A program made the position numbers and the translations under genes. Shown here one piece after another: positions 9,116 through 17,860 of a stretch of DNA of 64,000 nt. The DNA comes from a virus (taxonomy: Duplodnaviria > Heunggongvirae > Uroviricota > Caudoviricetes): the IMG/VR virus record IMGVR_UViG_3300032250_000070, positions 1-64,000 of that record; one strand, written 5' to 3'. Position 1 is the first letter of the stretch. The number at the start of each line of letters is the position of its first letter. The notes below the pieces were generated by a model. It was not told where the DNA came from. It saw only the letters and a list, made by a program, of their open reading frames with translations, and searched no databases.

Positions 9116-10669
9116 ATGGCAATTCAAACAATTCCAGGTTTAACTGGATTTACTTATGCTCGTGTCGCTTCTATGGATAAGCGTGCAGTAGGTAAGTTAA
9201 CTGACTCAAACCATTTAGAGAGCTTTCACTCTACAGAGCCTGCAGACTATGATAAGAAGATTATCAGTTTGTACACTCAGAGTTCTCTTTATAGTAATGA
9301 TTTCTTAGACATGATTAACAAGTCTACTCCTTACTATATCGATAACAACAGTGATGCTTGGAAATGGCAAGTACAAGTTCCTTACAAATTCCCAAAAATC
9401 ATTGATGTTCCTACTTCAACTTTAGAGTTGTCAAAGCCAGGTATTGATGGTCAAGAGTTCCAATTGATCCTTGACACAAATGAGTTCTCTAAGAACGCTA
9501 TCATTTCTGTAGGTACTCGTCAGTATGGTCCTCGTTTCTATGTAGTAAAAGATCCTGTTCCTTGGAACATGGGCTTCTTGTACACTTTCACTTTAGTAAG
9601 TGACAACCCAACAGTTGATTTCGTAAGTGCTACTTTCTTACAAGTAGGTATCGAATTAGAATTGGTTGATGCTGCTATTGGTGAGTTCGATCAAGACTTA
9701 TTAGGTCTTCCTCGTTTAGGTGAGCAAATCACAATGTTTGAATCTTTAGGTTCTGCATATGGTTATGAGCACAAAATCACTGAGTGGGCTGATGACAAGA
9801 TGATGAGAGATGCTTCTGGCAAACCTTTAGATATCTTAGTATATGCTCCTCAAAGACGTAACCAATTACCTTTAACTCGTAATGATGTTAAGTGGGAACC
9901 ATTTATTGAGTTCTGGATGCGTAAGTCTATGTTAGAATTAAAAGTTAAGCGTATGATCTGGGCTCGTCCAGGTACTGTGAAGACTAATGGTTCTAAGCAA
10001 GAATTAAAGCGTACATCTGCTGGTGTTTACCACAGAATGCGTAACAATGGTAACTTAGTTCAATACAATCGTGGTGAGTTCACTGCAAACTTGATTCGTT
10101 CAGTGTTTGGTGACTTATTCTACAGACGTGTTGATGTTAAAGATAGAAGAGTTAAAATGTACACTAATGAAGCTGGTTTTGACGTGTTCCAACAAGCTTT
10201 GAAGAATGACGCTTTGAACTCTGGTTTAACTTTCATGGCTGATTCTGGTAACAGATACATGCAAGGTGAAGGTCAACATATCACTTACAACTTTGCATTC
10301 GATGCAATGGTAACTCGTGAGACTGGTCGTGTTGAATTAATTCACTTGAAAGAATTAGACTTACCTCAAACAAACTTAGAATTTGGACAAAACAAGAAGT
10401 CAACTCCAGTATTTATGGTGTTCGATGTATCTCCAATGTCTGATGGTTCTATGATCAATAACATTCGTGAAGTACGTATGAAGGGTGCTCCTTCTATGAC
10501 TTGGGGTTATATCGATGGTACTCGTCACCACTTAGGTTTTGCTAAGTCTCAAGGTATGAGTTCTGCGAACAAATTCCCTGGATATGAAATCTGGATGAAG
10601 GATCGTTGTGATGTATTCATTGAAGATTTATCTAGAACAGTATTGATTGAAGAGATTCCTCAATTCTAA
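9116..10669 (+). CDS. major capsid protein (putative)
   Basis: 517 aa. It follows the scaffold-like gene. Frequent GGT/CGT/TTC codon choices suggest codon usage of a highly expressed gene. A strong hairpin follows. Confidence 0.55.
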   Translation: MAIQTIPGLTGFTYARVASMDKRAVGKLTDSNHLESFHSTEPADYDKKIISLYTQSSLYSNDFLDMINKSTPYYIDNNSDAWKWQVQVPYKFPKIIDVPTSTLELSKPGIDGQEFQLILDTNEFSKNAIISVGTRQYGPRFYVVKDPVPWNMGFLYTFTLVSDNPTVDFVSATFLQVGIELELVDAAIGEFDQDLLGLPRLGEQITMFESLGSAYGYEHKITEWADDKMMRDASGKPLDILVYAPQRRNQLPLTRNDVKWEPFIEFWMRKSMLELKVKRMIWARPGTVKTNGSKQELKRTSAGVYHRMRNNGNLVQYNRGEFTANLIRSVFGDLFYRRVDVKDRRVKMYTNEAGFDVFQQALKNDALNSGLTFMADSGNRYMQGEGQHITYNFAFDAMVTRETGRVELIHLKELDLPQTNLEFGQNKKSTPVFMVFDVSPMSDGSMINNIREVRMKGAPSMTWGYIDGTRHHLGFAKSQGMSSANKFPGYEIWMKDRCDVFIEDLSRTVLIEEIPQF

Positions 10670-10731
10670 TAATGCCCCTCTAAGGATAGTATTCTTAGAC
10701 TGATACCCTTGGTGTTTCGCATAAAAAAATC

Positions 10732-10770
10732 AGAAGACTTTCCCCCCACCTCCAAGTGGGGGAGTCTTCT
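10732..10770 (+). terminator. very stable 15-bp interrupted hairpin (AGAAGACT..CCCCCAC/GTGGGGG..AGTCTTCT) after the capsid gene. It has an A7 run upstream and no T-run downstream on +. Likely terminator or RNA-stabilising stem-loop.
   Basis: Base pairing was worked out by eye: 10732-10739 pairs with 10763-10770, and 10743-10749 pairs with 10756-10762. Confidence 0.45.
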
Positions 10771-10825
10771 AACACAGATGGACAGGTACAAGTAAATGCT
10801 GTACAGTGTTCCCTTCGATGGGGAC

Positions 10826-10862
10826 CATCTGCAAATAAACCAAATAAAAACAACTACATATG
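10826..10862 (+). promoter_or_regulatory. second copy of the conserved start-context element ...CAACTACATATG
   Basis: AAAAACAACTACATATGGGC compares with AAACTCAACTACATATGGCT at 7785. Confidence 0.4.
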
Positions 10863-11825
10863 GGCAAGATAGGAAAAATTTCTACTATTAAAAAAGACTA
10901 CAACAATTCTCAGTTACAAACTATGCAGGGTGGACTTGCATCAAGAGGATACACAAGAATTCCTGGTACAGGAGTTTTTAAATATCCTTATAAAGAATTG
11001 GATGGTCAGTACAGAACAGGCTTAGATCCAAAAGCTGCTTACATCAGAAGAATCTCTGATCCTCTTGAAAGAGAGATGGAGGTTGAGAGAGTAACAGAAT
11101 TAAGAGATAAACTTGAAGCAGCATTAAATGTTGACTTAAATCCTCGTTCTAGTTTCTGGAACTATGGATTATCAACTTCTACTGATGATTCACTACATGT
11201 ACAACCTGTTAAGCTTATGGATGGCGACAATTTTTATGATTTGTCAATGCCATTGCAAGAGCTAGCATTCTCATGGTTGAGAGTTCATCCAACAATTGCT
11301 TCTAGCTATCAAGCTTGGGAGCGTGGTGAATTCCCTGCAGACATTCAATATTATGTTGCAGATGATGAGATTGAAAACAAGGTGATGTTTAAAAAGAAAC
11401 AACTTATTAATAAAGCTATTATTAAGTTTGATTCTATGACTCCTGAGAAGAAGAAGAAAGTGGCTCGTCTACTTGGTCTTCCAGTATCTGATGATTCTAA
11501 AGAAGAAGCAGTTTACAATCAGGTGGATAACCTCCTAAAACAAACAGAATTCAAGAATGGCAAATATCAAGGTTTGAACCCTATAGAAGTGTTCAACAGA
11601 TTTGCAGACATGAAGGAAAACTTGCTACATATCAAAGACCTAGTAAAACAAGCTGTTGCTCATTCAGTTTATAGAGTGAGACCTAATGGTAGAGTGTTTG
11701 AAGGTGAATTTGAAATAGCAGTTGATGAAGATGATTTAGTTAAGTTCCTTGCAGATGAAGACAACCAAGATCAATTATTGACTTTGGAAGGCAAGTTGAA
11801 AGGAAAAAAAATAGCCTCATTATGA
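10860..11825 (+). CDS. hypothetical virion/head-associated protein
   Basis: 321-aa ORF in the structural block. Confidence 0.5.
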   Translation: MGKIGKISTIKKDYNNSQLQTMQGGLASRGYTRIPGTGVFKYPYKELDGQYRTGLDPKAAYIRRISDPLEREMEVERVTELRDKLEAALNVDLNPRSSFWNYGLSTSTDDSLHVQPVKLMDGDNFYDLSMPLQELAFSWLRVHPTIASSYQAWERGEFPADIQYYVADDEIENKVMFKKKQLINKAIIKFDSMTPEKKKKVARLLGLPVSDDSKEEAVYNQVDNLLKQTEFKNGKYQGLNPIEVFNRFADMKENLLHIKDLVKQAVAHSVYRVRPNGRVFEGEFEIAVDEDDLVKFLADEDNQDQLLTLEGKLKGKKIASL

Positions 11826-12553
11826 TCCCAGTAGATAGTTTATTATATAAGATTGATCAGAAACTAAATAAACTATCAACAAATGAGCATCAACAAATTA
11901 ACCTAGAAGATAAGATTCTAGCACTTAACGAAGCTCAGATAAAGCTAATAAAGCAAAAGGTTGATGGTTCTAGTACAATCTCTGGTTATGGGTTGGATGC
12001 GTTTAAAAAACGCTATGAAGACCTTCAAAGCTTGGTTATGCCATATAACCATCAACCTTTAGCATTAGCAATAAAGAATGTAGAGTTGAATCAATGGTTT
12101 ACAAATATTCATCTTTTGACTCCAAAATATATGTTCTATCTTGATAGTTATATATTAGCAGACAAAGGAAGATGTACAGATAGAAAGATATGGATAAATA
12201 GAGATTTGGCTAAGCATGGTGATATACAGTTTATATTAACTAATAACAACTACAAGCCTTCTTTCGAATATCAAGAAACATTTAACTTTCTATCCTCTGA
12301 CGAGATATCTGTATTTACAGATGGTACGTTTACACCAAAAGATATTTACATATCATATATGAGATATCCAGTGTATATTAACAAGACAGGATATATCATG
12401 TTAGATGGAGAGCCTTCTTTTGATCAAGACTGTGAACTTGAAACTTACTTAGAAGATGAGTTATTAGATCTTACAGTACAAAACTTGGCAATGTATACAG
12501 AAAACCAAAGTGCTGTTCAAAGCTCAATCTATAGAATACAAACAAACGAATAA
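11822..12553 (+). CDS. hypothetical structural protein
   Basis: 243 aa, coupled by an ATGA overlap. Confidence 0.5.
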   Translation: MIPVDSLLYKIDQKLNKLSTNEHQQINLEDKILALNEAQIKLIKQKVDGSSTISGYGLDAFKKRYEDLQSLVMPYNHQPLALAIKNVELNQWFTNIHLLTPKYMFYLDSYILADKGRCTDRKIWINRDLAKHGDIQFILTNNNYKPSFEYQETFNFLSSDEISVFTDGTFTPKDIYISYMRYPVYINKTGYIMLDGEPSFDQDCELETYLEDELLDLTVQNLAMYTENQSAVQSSIYRIQTNE

Positions 12554-12579
12554 TTTTTCACAATTAAATATAAAGCAAA

Positions 12580-13740
12580 ATGGCTGATTTTTCATTAACT
12601 ACCCTCTTTGTAGTACCAGTAGGAAACACATTACCTAGCTCTGGATCTACACAGAATTTAACAGCTGGTCAAGTAGGTATTTTCCTAAATGACTACACTG
12701 TTGCAACAGCTGGTAACATCGCTGCTGCCCCTTATTTTTATGTTGCTCAAGGTAGAGTAAACACTTATTTACAAGGTTCTAAGCGTTCAGACAAAATCTC
12801 TGGATGTCCTGGTGGATCTTCTTGTAAGTCAAACGTAACAGAATGGTACAAATCTTTAGGTTGTCCTACTCCAGTGAATCAAGTAACTGATGTAGTTGGC
12901 TTCACAGTAAAACCTGGTGAGATTGTAACATTAACTTTACGTGGTTTCTCTAGCTACTTGAACACATTGTATTTCAATGGTTTCACTCGTTCAGTAACAG
13001 TAAACGCTCCATGTCTTGGATGTGGTGATGATCCTTGTGCTGACGTTGATGTACCTGCATTGATCGATCAATTGATTCTTAAATTAGAATCACATGCTCC
13101 TGGTGATAACCCAGACAACATTTATTTGACTCAGTTCTATCAGTTCCAAAGAATTGGTAACAATCAAAATGCGTTGTTACGTATCACTGGTAAGCCATTA
13201 ACTAAATATGGTCAGCCTTGTGATGTTGCTGCATTCCCTTTTGAGTATGACAGATTCTACTTCAGAACTTTCATCTTTGCTGGTCCAGCTACAACTGCTG
13301 ACTTCATTGTTGATGATCCTTGTAATAGAGTTGCTACTCCAGTAATCACACAACGTTCTAACTATGCTGTTGGTACTTCTGCTGAAGTTCAACAATTAGA
13401 GAAGAACTTCTATAGCTACCAAGCTGGTTACTTAAAGCATCTTTACAGAATGAATGGTTACAACGAGAACTTTGAGTCTTGGGTAACTGATGGTCAAATC
13501 TATGATTTGTACTATATCAAATTCAATGAGTATGATAAGAGTGCTTACCAATGGGGTGACTATATTATGGAAGATAGCATGGTAATCATTGCTGTTCCTG
13601 AGAACCAAACAACTGCTATCGAAGCTATTTTAGTAGCTGGTTTAGGAGCTGTAGCTGGTGACACAGATTGTATTACTACTACTAGTACTACAACTACTGT
13701 ATGGCCTAGCACTTCAACAACAACTACCTTGATCCCTTAA
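12580..13740 (+). CDS. major structural protein (candidate major tail/sheath or second capsid component) with Thr/Ser-rich C-terminal tail
   Basis: 386 aa. The C-terminus is ITTTSTTTTVWPSTSTTTTLIP. A clean intrinsic terminator follows. Confidence 0.5.
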   Translation: MADFSLTTLFVVPVGNTLPSSGSTQNLTAGQVGIFLNDYTVATAGNIAAAPYFYVAQGRVNTYLQGSKRSDKISGCPGGSSCKSNVTEWYKSLGCPTPVNQVTDVVGFTVKPGEIVTLTLRGFSSYLNTLYFNGFTRSVTVNAPCLGCGDDPCADVDVPALIDQLILKLESHAPGDNPDNIYLTQFYQFQRIGNNQNALLRITGKPLTKYGQPCDVAAFPFEYDRFYFRTFIFAGPATTADFIVDDPCNRVATPVITQRSNYAVGTSAEVQQLEKNFYSYQAGYLKHLYRMNGYNENFESWVTDGQIYDLYYIKFNEYDKSAYQWGDYIMEDSMVIIAVPENQTTAIEAILVAGLGAVAGDTDCITTTSTTTTVWPSTSTTTTLIP

Positions 13741-13766
13741 GATTTAAGATAAGATCATATTAACCT

Positions 13767-13812
13767 ATGCCAGAGGGTGAGAGGATATCTCAAATCCTCT
13801 GGCATTTTTATT
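13767..13812 (+). terminator. rho-independent terminator
   Basis: A perfect 10-bp stem ATGCCAGAGG/CCTCTGGCAT is followed by TTTTTATT. Confidence 0.7.
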
Positions 13813-13821
13813 ATATAAACC

Positions 13822-14379
13822 ATGACATTAGATTTTTTAGTAATCAATACATATGATACCAAAACATTAGGTATAGCTGATACGTCACTTTATGATAGCT
13901 ATCCACCTGTTGTAGTATCTCCAACAATGGCTATTACTGTTCCTGGATTTATTTCTCCTGTACTTATACCATTTGTACCTGATCAGTTTAATGTGTACAA
14001 TTCTGTAACATTAGGACTTAGTACATATCCCACTTTAAATCCTTTACCTGATGGTGTTTATTATATGGTGTACACAGTAGATCCTGCTCTCACGTATCGT
14101 GTAGAAAAGAACATAATGCGTACAGCACTTATACAAGAGAAGTTTGATGGAGCTTTTATGAAACTTGATATGATGGAATGTGATTCAGCTATTAGAACCC
14201 AAGCAAAGGTGGTTTTAAGCAGCATCAATTTTATGATTCAAGGCTCAATAGCAGCAGCTAATAATTGTGCTATTGATACAGCTAACAAGCTGTACATGCA
14301 AGCTAATAGACAACTAGATTATTTTATTGCAAACCAATGTGGTTGTACAGGAAACAATTACATAATAAATTTTCCTTAA
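13822..14379 (+). CDS. hypothetical tail-module protein
   Basis: 185-aa ORF. Confidence 0.5.
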   Translation: MTLDFLVINTYDTKTLGIADTSLYDSYPPVVVSPTMAITVPGFISPVLIPFVPDQFNVYNSVTLGLSTYPTLNPLPDGVYYMVYTVDPALTYRVEKNIMRTALIQEKFDGAFMKLDMMECDSAIRTQAKVVLSSINFMIQGSIAAANNCAIDTANKLYMQANRQLDYFIANQCGCTGNNYIINFP

Positions 14380-14380
14380 T

Positions 14381-14533
14381 ATGGCAAACTGTAGAGACTG
14401 TGGTATGAAGGTAGGATGTGGCTGTCAATTAATTAATGGCCTATGTTCAGCATGCAACAACAAACTTAAGAACGCTACAAATAGAATAAAAAATGTTATC
14501 ACCAAGATTAACAAATTGTGTAATCAATGGTAG
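14381..14533 (+). CDS. Cys-rich 50-aa mini-protein (possible zinc ribbon); below ORF-track size cutoff
   Basis: The manual read is MANCRDCGMKVGCGCQLINGLCSACNNKLKN...LCNQW*. An A-rich region precedes it. Confidence 0.35.
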   Translation: MANCRDCGMKVGCGCQLINGLCSACNNKLKNATNRIKNVITKINKLCNQW

Positions 14534-14768
14534 TATTCCATTTACATTAACACAAATTGATGAAAGACTAACATACTGGGCAACTCGCCAGTATAACAAT
14601 ATTATATTCTCCATGAATAATCATATTCCTGGAGATGTAATTAATGATCTACTAAATTATAAACAAATATTAACATATAGACTTTGTAATCCTGAGTATG
14701 CTATGGTGTGTGGAATCCCTAGTACATCTCAGGTTATAAGCAGAGTTAAAGTGTTAATTCATAAATAA
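14493..14768 (+). CDS. hypothetical protein (start may be downstream)
   Basis: 91-aa ORF. It overlaps the mini-ORF above in another frame. Confidence 0.35.
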   Translation: MLSPRLTNCVINGSIPFTLTQIDERLTYWATRQYNNIIFSMNNHIPGDVINDLLNYKQILTYRLCNPEYAMVCGIPSTSQVISRVKVLIHK

Positions 14769-14776
14769 ATTAAACC

Positions 14777-15892
14777 ATGTCTTGTGAAAGTTGTTACAAT
14801 GGGTGTGTTCAGATAGTATCTGATGAATGTGTTAGATATACAGGATTAGATTCTATACCTTTAGGTATTGAAACAGGAGATACTCTACTAAGTGTTGAAG
14901 AAACACTTATTAATAGAGTGGTATCTTTTTTAGATGGATCAGGTATTTCAATTACAGTTGACCCAAGTTATTATTGTACTCTTGTTAGTCAATATTTACC
15001 TGTAGGAGTTACTCCTAATGTTCCACAGTTATTTACAGCTTTAGTAAGAGCTGCTTGTAATTTACAAGGGCAAGTGGATACAATCAATAGTACATTAACT
15101 ACATTAAATGCTGATTATACAATTGGTTGTTTAACAGGAGTAACATCTAGCTCAGATACACATGCTATTGTCCAAGCTGTTATAAATAAGCTTTGTACAA
15201 CAGTGGCTGATCTTGATGCTCTTGAACTTGATGTAAATACAAACTATGTTAAGCTAGCAGATCTTGATGCTTTGATTGCTGCATATATAGCTAGTCAAGG
15301 TGGTGGTGACTCTAATCAACAGTATTTGAAAATGGTTCCTTATGTAGCCTATGAATATTATGGACCACTATCTAACTTTGACGCATCAGGTATTGGTATC
15401 CCAGAAAATGGTTTTTACAAAGTATATTTATGTAATGGTCTAAATGGCACTCCTGATAAAAGAGGACGTGTAGCTGTTGGAGCCATTCAAAATGTACCAG
15501 GTGGTCCATTAGATGCTTCAGTAAATCCTGCTAATCCTGGTAATCCAAACTATGCTTTGTATAATACATCAGGAGCAAACACTGTAACTTTGATTACTTC
15601 ACAAATCCCTTCACATTCACATAGTGCAATTGGAACCACCACTGTTACATTAAGTGATCCTGGTCACACTCATGCAATTGGACAAAGTGGTGTTACTGGT
15701 GGAGGTGGAACAATTGCTGTTGGTAATACAACTCCTAAAAATATTCAAGCTGTAAGTAGTACAACAGGTATTACAGTAACTTCTAATGCTGCTAATAATG
15801 TTTCTATTACAGTACAACCTACAGGTGATGGAGGAGCTCATCCAAACATACAACCTGTTATAGCTGCATATTATATTATGTACATTCTCTAA
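14777..15892 (+). CDS. tail fiber protein with phage Tail_collar (T4 gp12-like HxH) domain
   Basis: The sequence ...VTLITSQIPSHSHS...DPGHTHAIG matches the L-T-x-x-x-(L/I)P-x-H-x-H signature of tail collar / short tail fiber receptor-binding domains. The N-terminus is Cys-rich and shared with the 15914 and 52663 fibers. Confidence 0.7.
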   Translation: MSCESCYNGCVQIVSDECVRYTGLDSIPLGIETGDTLLSVEETLINRVVSFLDGSGISITVDPSYYCTLVSQYLPVGVTPNVPQLFTALVRAACNLQGQVDTINSTLTTLNADYTIGCLTGVTSSSDTHAIVQAVINKLCTTVADLDALELDVNTNYVKLADLDALIAAYIASQGGGDSNQQYLKMVPYVAYEYYGPLSNFDASGIGIPENGFYKVYLCNGLNGTPDKRGRVAVGAIQNVPGGPLDASVNPANPGNPNYALYNTSGANTVTLITSQIPSHSHSAIGTTTVTLSDPGHTHAIGQSGVTGGGGTIAVGNTTPKNIQAVSSTTGITVTSNAANNVSITVQPTGDGGAHPNIQPVIAAYYIMYIL

Positions 15893-15913
15893 TCTTTTTA
15901 AACTAACAATACA

Positions 15914-17860
15914 ATGGCTTGTAATCCTGGCGATCCTTGCTACAACGCATACTATCATCCAAGTGAAAACTGTGGTTCTTTTCCTTGTGAAACAACAGCA
16001 GATCGTGTTATATATAATGGACCTAACTTACCTAATACAGGAATCAACACTGGAGATAATCTAGACTGTGCTCTATTAAAAATAGATGAAACATTTAGTG
16101 GTGGTGTAGTGGGTATAAATGGTACATCTGGTAGTTCTGGATTAAATGGATCTAGTGGTAGATCTGGTACTTCTGCCACTGCTGGCACATCTGGAGCTAA
16201 TGGTGCAGCAGGTACTTCTGGAACAAATGGTACATCAGGAAACAATGGTACTAGTGGTATATCTGGTACAAATGGTGTATCTGGAAGCTCTGGTACATCT
16301 GGTCGTGAAGGTCAGCCTGGTACCTCTGGTAGTTCTGCATCAAGTGGTTCATCAGGCACTTCTGCCACTGCAGGAACATCTGGAAGAGATGCAACTTCTG
16401 GTTCATCTGGTCAAGATGGTAGCTCTGGTACGAGTGCAAGCTCAGGTACATCTGCATCTAGTGGAACTTCTGGAACTACTGGTACTACTGGTACAAGTGG
16501 TACAACTGGAACTACTGGTACATCAGGAACATCAGGTGTTGATGGTGGTCTTGCAATCTGGCAATATAGTTCAGATACTACTGATACATCTATTAATCCT
16601 GGAGCAGGAAGGTTTACATTAAATACTTTACTTTGGAACGTTGCTCCAACACAGATTGCTCTAAGCGACTTTGCACAAATTCCTGCAGCAGATTTCTCTT
16701 TATATTTAGAAGGTATTCAAACTGGTGTAGTGTTTAAGTTTGTAAGTACAATTGATCCAAACAGATTCAAAATACTTCAAGTTATAGCTACAGCACCTTT
16801 TGAAACAGGGTTTGAAACATATGTTGTAAGTGAAATAGCGTGGAATGGTACAGCTCCAGCAAATGGTGAGCAATTTGTGTTCACTGTAACAAGTATTCCT
16901 GGTGCAGCTGGATCATCTGGCACATCTGGATCTTCAGCATCTAGTGGTACATCTGCGTCTAGTGGTACGTCTGCATCATCTGGAACCTCAGCATCTTCTG
17001 GAACAAGTGGAACCTCTGGTACCAACGGTACTAGTGGAACTAATGGAACTAGTGGTTCTAGTGCGACTAGTGGTTCTAGTGGAACTTCAGGTACTAATGG
17101 TACATCTGCTACTGCTGGAACAAATGGTACGTCTGCATCTAGTGGAACTAGTGGTTCTACAGGCACATCAGGTACTAATGGTACTAGTGGTTCTAATGGC
17201 ACCTCTGGAACAAATGGTACCACTGGAACATCAGCTTCTAGCGGTACATCTGCATCGTCTGGAACTAGTGCAGCAAATGGAGCAAACGGATCTAGTGGAA
17301 CAAGTGGAGCAAATGGTGGTAATGGATCTTCTGGAACCTCTGGAGCTAATGGTGGAGCTGGATCTTCTGGAACCTCTGGAGCTAATGGCGGAGCTGGTGG
17401 AGATGGATCTAGTGGAACTAGTGGAGCCAGTGGTGGAAGTGGTTCATCAGGAACTTCTGGAGTAGGGTTTACTTCCATTTCACCAACTAATTCAGGAGCT
17501 GTGCTAACAGCTAATGGAACATCTAATAGTGCAACAGCAAATACAGGTGTAACAATAAGTGGTTCTAATCTTACTGCCGCAGCATTTTTTGAAAGTTCAG
17601 ATGTAAGATTTAAAAATGTAATTGAAACCAATCCTCAAATAGATTTAACAGATATAGATATAATTAAGTTTACAAGAACTGATGATGATACCAATGCAGT
17701 AAGATATGGATATTCAGCACAACAAGTGCAATCTATATTACCAGATGCTGTGACAGGAGAAGACAAATTAAGTGTAAACTATATGGATGTTCACACATTG
17801 AAAATAGCAGCATTAGAAAAACGTATTGCAGAATTAGAAGCTAAATTGAGTAACTTATGA
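15914..17860 (+). CDS. collagen-like (G-X-Y, X-Y mostly T/S/N/A) tail fiber with C-terminal intramolecular chaperone / peptidase S74 auto-cleaving domain
   Basis: Two long GTSGTNGTSG... triple-helix repeat arrays lie at about nt 16120-16545 and 16900-17460. The C-terminal ~87 aa begin SDVRFKNVIE ... YGYSAQQ ... LPDAV ... VNYMDVHTLKIAALEKRIAELEAKL. This is the SDxRxKxNI start motif and coiled-coil tail of endosialidase/T5 L-shaped tail fiber chaperone domains. Confidence 0.85.
   Translation: MACNPGDPCYNAYYHPSENCGSFPCETTADRVIYNGPNLPNTGINTGDNLDCALLKIDETFSGGVVGINGTSGSSGLNGSSGRSGTSATAGTSGANGAAGTSGTNGTSGNNGTSGISGTNGVSGSSGTSGREGQPGTSGSSASSGSSGTSATAGTSGRDATSGSSGQDGSSGTSASSGTSASSGTSGTTGTTGTSGTTGTTGTSGTSGVDGGLAIWQYSSDTTDTSINPGAGRFTLNTLLWNVAPTQIALSDFAQIPAADFSLYLEGIQTGVVFKFVSTIDPNRFKILQVIATAPFETGFETYVVSEIAWNGTAPANGEQFVFTVTSIPGAAGSSGTSGSSASSGTSASSGTSASSGTSASSGTSGTSGTNGTSGTNGTSGSSATSGSSGTSGTNGTSATAGTNGTSASSGTSGSTGTSGTNGTSGSNGTSGTNGTTGTSASSGTSASSGTSAANGANGSSGTSGANGGNGSSGTSGANGGAGSSGTSGANGGAGGDGSSGTSGASGGSGSSGTSGVGFTSISPTNSGAVLTANGTSNSATANTGVTISGSNLTAAAFFESSDVRFKNVIETNPQIDLTDIDIIKFTRTDDDTNAVRYGYSAQQVQSILPDAVTGEDKLSVNYMDVHTLKIAALEKRIAELEAKLSNL

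Noticed and set aside
10732-10770. Calling the capsid-gene hairpin a canonical + strand intrinsic terminator
   Set aside because: The stem is very strong, but the T-run is upstream (A7 on +, T7 on the minus strand), not downstream. It is retained only as a hairpin/possible terminator or stability element with reduced confidence.
16100-17470. Possible CRISPR array or tandem-repeat locus suggested by the highly regular short repeats
   Set aside because: The repeats are 9-nt codon triplets (GGN-ACN-TCN) inside one long ORF. There are no unique spacers and no cas genes. It is a protein-coding collagen-like repeat.
16146-17631. Long ORFs on both strands and in alternate frames across the first collagen-repeat gene (16146-16622 +, 16777-17631 -, 16902-17465 +, 15955-16245 -, 16251-16457 -)
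   Set aside because: These are artifacts of the GGN NNN NNN triplet periodicity of the G-X-Y repeats, which suppresses stop codons in other frames. Their translations are low-complexity (LV/PE-rich) with no start context. The collagen-frame ORF is the real gene.
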